Origin: Hyalangium minutum
GTDB lineage: Bacteria; Myxococcota; Myxococcia; Myxococcales; Myxococcaceae
Assembly: GCF_000737315.1 (NCBI RefSeq)
Contig: NZ_JMCB01000007.1
Location: forward strand, 1-64,000
Length of the DNA stretch: 64,000 bases
Reading direction: 5' to 3'
Notes under the pieces: generated by a model
What the model saw: the letters and a program-made list of their open reading frames with translations, nothing else
Told to the model about the DNA's origin: nothing
Databases searched by the model: none
Shown: positions 54,746-64,000 of the stretch, in pieces
How positions within the stretch are numbered: position 1 is the first letter of the stretch
Layout of the letters: the number at the start of each line of letters is the position of its first letter
Position numbers and translations under genes: made by a program

Positions 54746-56134
54746 ATGTCCTCTCCCTTAGCGGCGGTGGTGTTGTGTGCCGGCAAGGGCACCCGGATGA
54801 AGTCCGAGAAGGCCAAGGTCCTTCACGCCATTCTGGGCAGGCCCCTGTGTTTCTATCCTCTGAAGCGCGCGCTTGAGCTGGGCGCCTCTCCGCTGGTTCC
54901 GGTGGTGGGCCATCAGGCCGCCGAGGTGGAGAAGGCCATCCAGGCGCAGCTCCCCGCGGCCACGCTGCGCTTCGCGCTCCAGAAGGAGCAGCGCGGCACC
55001 GCGGATGCGGTGCGCTCGGCTGAGGGGGCGCTGAAGGACTTCTCGGGCCGCGTCCTCATCCTCTATGGAGATGTGCCGCTGCTGCGCCGTGAGACGCTGG
55101 AGGCGCTGGTGGCCGCGCACGAGAAGGGCAAGGCCACGCTCTCCATGGTCGCCACGGTGCTGGACGACCCCACGGGCTACGGCCGCGTCATCCGCGAGGG
55201 TGGCAAGGTGGTGCGCATCGTCGAGCACAAGGACGCCACCCCGGAGCAGCGTGCCGTGCGCGAGTGCAACGCGGGCATCTACCTGGTGGAGTCCTCGTTC
55301 CTCTGGAAGGCGCTGGCGGAGATCCAACCGCAGAACGCCCAGGGCGAGTACTACCTGACGGATCTGGTGGAGATGGCGGCGAAGCTGGGGCCCGTGGCCT
55401 CGGTGGAGGCGGACGCCACGGAGACGGCGGGTGTGAATGATCGCGTGGAGCTGGCGGCGCGCGCTCGCGTGCTGCAGCAGCGGATCAACGAGCGCCACAT
55501 GCGCGCGGGCGTCACCCTGGTGGACCCGCCCAGCACCTTCATCGAGGAGGACGTCACCATCGGCGCGGACACGGAGCTCGGTCCGCAGGTGATGCTAGCA
55601 GCCGGCTCCGTGGTCGGGCGCAACGTCACCATCGGGCAGGGGAGCGTGCTGACGGCCTCCTCGGTGGCGGACGGCACCACCATCAAGCCCTACTCGGTCT
55701 TCGAGGAGGCCAAGGTGGGCGAGCGCTGCATCATCGGCCCGTTCTCCCGCCTGCGCCCGGGCACCGAGCTGTCCGAGGAAGTGCACCTGGGCAACTTCGT
55801 GGAGACGAAGAAGGCCCGGATCGGCAAGGGCTCCAAGGCCAACCACCTGGCGTACCTGGGCGACGCGAAGATCGGCTCGGGCTGCAACGTGGGGGCCGGC
55901 ACCATCACCTGCAACTATGACGGAGTGAACAAGCACGTCACCGAGTTGGGCGATGGCGTCTTCATCGGCTCCGACACACAGTTGGTCGCGCCAGTGAGCG
56001 TGGGTGATGGCGCGTACGTCGGCGCGGGGACAACCGTGACGAAAAATGTACCGCCTGGGAGCCTCGCTGTGTCCAGGGTGCCTCAGGTGAACAAGGAGGG
56101 CTGGGTCGCGAAGAAGAAGGCTCGGCAGGGATAA
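54746..56134 (+). CDS. glmU: Bifunctional UDP-GlcNAc pyrophosphorylase / GlcN-1-P acetyltransferase
   Basis: [30 protein letters not shown], hexapeptide repeats, NFVETKK and TITCNYDG. Confidence 0.98.
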   Translation: MSSPLAAVVLCAGKGTRMKSEKAKVLHAILGRPLCFYPLKRALELGASPLVPVVGHQAAEVEKAIQAQLPAATLRFALQKEQRGTADAVRSAEGALKDFSGRVLILYGDVPLLRRETLEALVAAHEKGKATLSMVATVLDDPTGYGRVIREGGKVVRIVEHKDATPEQRAVRECNAGIYLVESSFLWKALAEIQPQNAQGEYYLTDLVEMAAKLGPVASVEADATETAGVNDRVELAARARVLQQRINERHMRAGVTLVDPPSTFIEEDVTIGADTELGPQVMLAAGSVVGRNVTIGQGSVLTASSVADGTTIKPYSVFEEAKVGERCIIGPFSRLRPGTELSEEVHLGNFVETKKARIGKGSKANHLAYLGDAKIGSGCNVGAGTITCNYDGVNKHVTELGDGVFIGSDTQLVAPVSVGDGAYVGAGTTVTKNVPPGSLAVSRVPQVNKEGWVAKKKARQG

Positions 56135-56293
56135 CTTCTTGATTTTCGGGCGGTTTCCGAGGGCCGCCCTGGCCACGCTACAATGGCGCGGCTCTTGCTC
56201 GGTAAGAAAACCGGAAGACGGCGAGACACAGTGGCTCGGGAGCCCGCGGAGCATCTCCGAGGAGCTCGGGTGAGTGAGAGAGGGGTCTGAAAC

Positions 56294-58129
<1,836 letters not shown>

Positions 58130-58167
58130 ACGGGTCGCCTGATAACAGCCGAAACCTGTAAATCGAC

Positions 58168-58210
58168 AAGCCCGGGTGCCTCCTCAGCGAGGTCCCGGGC
58201 TTTGTTGTTT
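58168..58210 (+). terminator. Terminator after glmS
   Basis: AAGCCCGGG...CCCGGGCTT stem followed by TGTTGTTT. Confidence 0.75.
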
Positions 58211-58271
58211 CAATTTTGTTGTTTCACCCAGAGCGTGACCCATTGGGTATTGCTAGCATGGGAAAAATACG

Positions 58272-58290
58272 TTACCTATAGAATAGGTAA
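58272..58290. promoter_or_regulatory. Perfect 8-3-8 palindrome (operator candidate)
   Basis: TTACCTAT-AGA-ATAGGTAA lies in an AT-rich segment and ends 26 bp before the ATG at 58317. Confidence 0.55.
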
Positions 58291-58316
58291 GTTCTCACCC
58301 ACCCCAGGTCCCTCTC

Positions 58317-60887
58317 ATGGAAGCTTCGGAACGCAATTCGACGGTGGACTCCATTCATCAGGAGGCCATTCAGCATGGGATCTACTTCCTCAATCCGGAT
58401 GACCAGGAGCTTCACGGCCGCACCTTCAAGCTGCAGGGCCAGGAGCTGCTGTCGTTCGCCTCGTGCTCGTACCTGGGACTGGAGCAGCACCCCCAGCTCG
58501 TCGAAGGCGTGATCCATGCGGCGAAGAAGTACGGGACCCAGTTCTCGGCCACGCGTGGCTTCGTCTCAGCGCCGCCGTACGGAGAGCTGGAGGCGCTCAT
58601 GTCTGAGCTGCTGGGGGGCTACGCGATCGTCTGTTCCTCCACCTCGCTGGGGCACCAGTCGGCGCTGGGCGTGCTCGCTACGGAGAAGGACGCGATCGTC
58701 CTGGATCACCAGGCCCACTACAGCATCCAGCAGGCCGTGCAGATCTGCCGCACCTCCGGTTGTCACGTGGAGATCGTGAAGCACGGCGAGCTGGAGCGCG
58801 CCCTGGAGGCCATCCAGCGGCTGGCGTCGATCCGCAAGACGGTCTGGTTCTGCGTGGACGGTGTCTACAGCATGTATGGCGACCTGGTGCCCATCGAGCT
58901 GCTGCGCGAGGCGCTGAAGATCGCTCCCAACGTGCGGCTCTACGTGGATGACGCGCACGGCATGAGCTGGGTGGGCAAGCACGGCCGGGGCAGCTTCCTC
59001 ACGCGGTTTGGCTTCAACGAGCGCGTTGTGCTGGCCACCTCGCTGAACAAGGCGTTCGCGGCCGGCGGCGGATGCCTGCTGTTCGCCACGGACAAGGAGC
59101 GCCAGTACGTCCGCAAGACGGGTGGCCCGCTGTTCTTCTCGGGCCCGTTGCAGCCTCCCATGCTCGGCGCGGCCATGGCCTCCGCGCGGCTCCACCTGTC
59201 ACAAGAGATCTACCAGCACCAGGAGATCCTCCAGGAGCGCATCCGACTGGCCAACCGGCTGATCCGTGAGGAGGGCCTGCCGCTGCTCGTGGAGAACGAG
59301 ACGCCCATCTTCTTCCTGCGTCTGGGCCTGCCCCGGCTCGGCTTCAAGGTGGCCCGGCGGATGATGGACGAGGGCATCTACGTGACGCCCTCCGTGTACC
59401 CCACCGTGCCCATGCGCCGCGGCGGCATCCGCTTGTCTCTCACCGCGTATCACACGAACGAAGATGTGGAGCAGGTCATCAAGCGGCTGGCCGTGCACAT
59501 CCCCACAGTGCTGGCGGAGGAGGGGCTCACGGTCGACAACCTGGATGACGAGTTCCGCCACGCGCTGCCGGGCAAGGGCCGGTTCGCCGCGCGCGCTCGG
59601 GCGCCACTCCAGGAGCTGATCCAGCGGCTCATCGTCGAGCAGGAGTCTCCTGAGACTGAGCTGGTGGCGACCGGCAAGCGGCCGCTGGAGTCCGCGGAGC
59701 ACCTCACCGTCGAGAAATACACCTCCATCTGGCAGGTGGATAAGGAGCTGTGGAACTCGATGCTGGGCACCGTCGGCTTCATCAGCTGGGACTCGCTGAT
59801 GATGCAGGAGCAGGTATTTACGGACGCCGCCGAGCCTGAGAACTGTTGGCAGTTCCTCTATGTGCTCGTCCGCGACCGAGCGGGCCGCGTCCTCGCCGCG
59901 GCGCCTTTCACGGTGGCGCTGTGCAAGGACGACATGCTCATGCGCGAAGAGGTCTCCCAGAAGGTGGAGGAGCGGCGCAAGGAGGATCCCTACTTCCTGT
60001 CCTCCAAGGCGCTGCTGCTGGGAACGCTCTTGTCCGAGGGCAACCACCTGTACCTGGACCGCTCGGGCCCCTGGCGCGCCGCGCTCACCCGGCTGCTGGA
60101 GGTGGCACGCGAGGAGTACGACAAGAACCGCTGCTCGGTGATGACGATGAGAGATCTCCCAGCGGACGACAACGAGATGGATCAGGAACTGCTCCACCAC
60201 GGGCTGGTGAAGGTGCCCATGTTGGACTCCCATGTGCTCAACATCACCTGGTGGACCGAGGAGGAGTACCTGGCCACCTTGACGAAGCGGAAGCGCGAGC
60301 ACCTGCGCGAGCGCATTGCTCAGTCCAAGTTCTACGAGCGGCGCGTGCACGGCGTGGGCGTGGGCGAGACACTCTCCGTGGAAGAGCTCGAGCACCTGCA
60401 CTCGCTGTATTTGAACGTGGCCAAGAAGGCCATGCGTCTCAACGTGTTTCACCTGCCGCTTCAACTGCTGGCCGCCATGCACGAGTCTCCGGCCTGGGAG
60501 CTCGTTACGCTCCGGCTGGATCCGGCTCACGGAGGCCCTGCCCATGGCCGCCCGGTCGCCTTCTACGCCGGTTACAAGCAGGACGCCCACTACGGCGCCT
60601 TCCTCTGTGGGGTTGATTATGACTACGTGTATCAGCACGGCGCGTACCGCCAGATGCTGTTTCAAATCATTCGCCGTGCCATGGAGCTGGGAACAAAAAC
60701 AGTTCACCTCGGAATGACCGCAAACCTGGAGAAACTCCGCTTCGGCACCGTGGCTCAGCGCACGTGTGTTTACATGCAGGCGAGAGATCACTTCAGCGGT
60801 GCGCTGCTGCGAGAGATCGCCGCCGAGGCCAGCCTGAGCAGCACCCACTCGCCTGCCAACAAGCCCGCTAACGCATCTCCCGGGTAG
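58317..60887 (+). CDS. Alpha-oxoamine synthase (PLP, class II) fused to a FemAB-like tandem GNAT domain
   Basis: FASCSYLGL, LDHQAHYSI, DGVYSMYGD, YVDDAHG, TSLNKAF (PLP Lys), YPTVP and IRLSLTAYH. The C-terminal ~400 aa have a FemAB/Acetyltransf_6-type pattern (EEYLATL, GRPVAF, GVDY, VHLG...EKLRFG). Confidence 0.9.
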   Translation: MEASERNSTVDSIHQEAIQHGIYFLNPDDQELHGRTFKLQGQELLSFASCSYLGLEQHPQLVEGVIHAAKKYGTQFSATRGFVSAPPYGELEALMSELLGGYAIVCSSTSLGHQSALGVLATEKDAIVLDHQAHYSIQQAVQICRTSGCHVEIVKHGELERALEAIQRLASIRKTVWFCVDGVYSMYGDLVPIELLREALKIAPNVRLYVDDAHGMSWVGKHGRGSFLTRFGFNERVVLATSLNKAFAAGGGCLLFATDKERQYVRKTGGPLFFSGPLQPPMLGAAMASARLHLSQEIYQHQEILQERIRLANRLIREEGLPLLVENETPIFFLRLGLPRLGFKVARRMMDEGIYVTPSVYPTVPMRRGGIRLSLTAYHTNEDVEQVIKRLAVHIPTVLAEEGLTVDNLDDEFRHALPGKGRFAARARAPLQELIQRLIVEQESPETELVATGKRPLESAEHLTVEKYTSIWQVDKELWNSMLGTVGFISWDSLMMQEQVFTDAAEPENCWQFLYVLVRDRAGRVLAAAPFTVALCKDDMLMREEVSQKVEERRKEDPYFLSSKALLLGTLLSEGNHLYLDRSGPWRAALTRLLEVAREEYDKNRCSVMTMRDLPADDNEMDQELLHHGLVKVPMLDSHVLNITWWTEEEYLATLTKRKREHLRERIAQSKFYERRVHGVGVGETLSVEELEHLHSLYLNVAKKAMRLNVFHLPLQLLAAMHESPAWELVTLRLDPAHGGPAHGRPVAFYAGYKQDAHYGAFLCGVDYDYVYQHGAYRQMLFQIIRRAMELGTKTVHLGMTANLEKLRFGTVAQRTCVYMQARDHFSGALLREIAAEASLSSTHSPANKPANASPG

Positions 60888-60941
60888 GGACGGTGGACAA
60901 TAGGCGTGCCCTGGGGCGTAGACTGCGGGGGTCACCCGTGC

Positions 60942-62954
<2,013 letters not shown>

Positions 62955-63019
62955 CGGCAGGGCGTAGCGCCTCTCGGTCCCGTGCTAGCTTCGCGCCCCC
63001 TTTGACCGTGGAGGCTCTC

Positions 63020-64000
63020 GTGCGTCGCTCGCCGTTGCTCGCTGCATTGGGTGTGATGGGGCTCGTCTGGCTGGGAGGCGCGAGCGGTTGCAGCTCGGGA
63101 GACTCGCCCACGCCGCAGCCTCCCGTGGAGCCTCCCCAGGCATCTGGAGAGAAGCTGGCGGGGCTCGAGGGGCCGGTGGAGGTCGTGGTGGATGACCGTG
63201 GGATGCCACACATCTATGCGTCGTCGCTGCATGACGCCGCGCTCGTGCAGGGCTACCTGATGGCGCGCGACCGGTTCCCGCAGATGGAGTTTCTCAAGCG
63301 GAATGTGACGGGGCGGCTGGCCGAGTTCCTCGGCTCGCTGTCCTCCACGTCGGTGGAGAATGACGTCAGCGCCCGGGTGATTGGCTTCAAGCGGGTGGCG
63401 GATCGCGTCTATGCGTCGCTGCCCGTGGGCTCTCCGGAGAAGGCCGCGCTGGATGGCTTCGCTGCGGGCGTCAACGTGTACCTCGGCGAGCTGCGCACCG
63501 GAAAGGCGAAGCTGTCTTCGGGCGCGGAGCTGCTCGGGTTCCTGCTGTCCAACCCCGCGGCGTTCACGGATTGGACGCCGCAGGACTCGGTCGCGATCGG
63601 GCGGTACCTGTCTTACTCGCTGTCGTACGAGGCGGAGCAGGATGTGGCGCTGACGAAGGCGCGCGGGGCTGCTGCTGCGGCGTTCCCGGCGGGCAACCCG
63701 CGCGCGGGTCTCTTCCGTGACTTCTGGTCGTTCGCCCCGTCGCGCGATGTGTTCACGCGCGAGGGCCAGTCGAACGGTGGGCCTGCTCCGAAGCGCAGCC
63801 TGAGCCAGACGCGGCTGCCGGACGTGGAGCTGCTCTCCCAGGCGCAGGGGTTCCTCGATGGGGCCCGGCGGCTGCGGGAGGTGTTCGGTGATGACAACCG
63901 TGGCTCGAACAACTGGGTGGTGTCCGGGGCGAAGACGGCCTCGGGAGCGCCGCTGCTGGCGAATGACCCGCACCTGTCGCTGCCGAGCCCTCCGCTCTTC
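63020..64000 (+). CDS. Penicillin acylase family (S45, Ntn hydrolase) lipoprotein, 3' truncated by the window edge
   Basis: Not in the ORF track. GGAGG precedes GTG 63020. It has lipobox ASGC, VDDRGMPHIYA, GYLMARDRFPQM, beta-subunit start GSNNWVV (Ser codon 63905-63907) and LANDPHL. Confidence 0.93.
   Translation, partial: MRRSPLLAALGVMGLVWLGGASGCSSGDSPTPQPPVEPPQASGEKLAGLEGPVEVVVDDRGMPHIYASSLHDAALVQGYLMARDRFPQMEFLKRNVTGRLAEFLGSLSSTSVENDVSARVIGFKRVADRVYASLPVGSPEKAALDGFAAGVNVYLGELRTGKAKLSSGAELLGFLLSNPAAFTDWTPQDSVAIGRYLSYSLSYEAEQDVALTKARGAAAAAFPAGNPRAGLFRDFWSFAPSRDVFTREGQSNGGPAPKRSLSQTRLPDVELLSQAQGFLDGARRLREVFGDDNRGSNNWVVSGAKTASGAPLLANDPHLSLPSPPLF

Noticed and set aside
56135-56293. glmS ribozyme upstream of glmS
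   Set aside because: No recognisable core sequence, and this ribozyme is mostly Gram-positive. The region looks like an ordinary promoter/UTR.
58317-59560. Annotation as bioF, kbl or hemA
   Set aside because: No biotin, threonine-catabolism or heme context, divergent motifs, and a large GNAT fusion.

Overview
GC-rich myxobacterial DNA (Cystobacterineae/Archangiaceae-like, inferred from MYXO-CTERM, DUF2378 and DUF5953 proteins, many lipoproteins and a myxobacterial-type IS66). No rRNA, complete tRNA or CRISPR array was found. 1-3.3 kb: an IS91-like remnant, an FAD monooxygenase and a strikingly eukaryote-like DEGS1 sphingolipid delta-4 desaturase. 3.3-13.35 kb: a decayed island bounded by two 54-bp tRNA/tmRNA-3'-end-like direct repeats. 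It carries a CxxCH lipoprotein, an intact immunity gene, a hidden broken nuclease-toxin gene, an IS66, and an M12B peptidase flanked by a 448-bp duplication. 13.4-32.5 kb: accessory secreted enzymes, regulators, sodB and pseudogenes. 32.5-43.55 kb: nine contiguous lipid-chemistry genes in four transcription units (LOX-like | LOX, atypical P450, desaturase | DUF3419/BtaA-like, GNAT, heme-oxygenase-like diiron enzyme | desaturase, AUR1/PAP2-like). 43.5-58.1 kb: mostly core genes (rraA, msrB, M3 peptidase, tatD, glmU, glmS). 58.3-64 kb: an alpha-oxoamine synthase fused to a FemAB-like GNAT, preceded by a perfect palindrome and followed by a cytoplasmic PAS-PAS hybrid kinase and an S45 acylase, a candidate make/sense/destroy lipid-signal module. 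The best candidates for undescribed systems are the 39-43.5 kb cluster and the 58.3-64 kb cassette. All family assignments rest on motifs recognised by eye; no database search was run.
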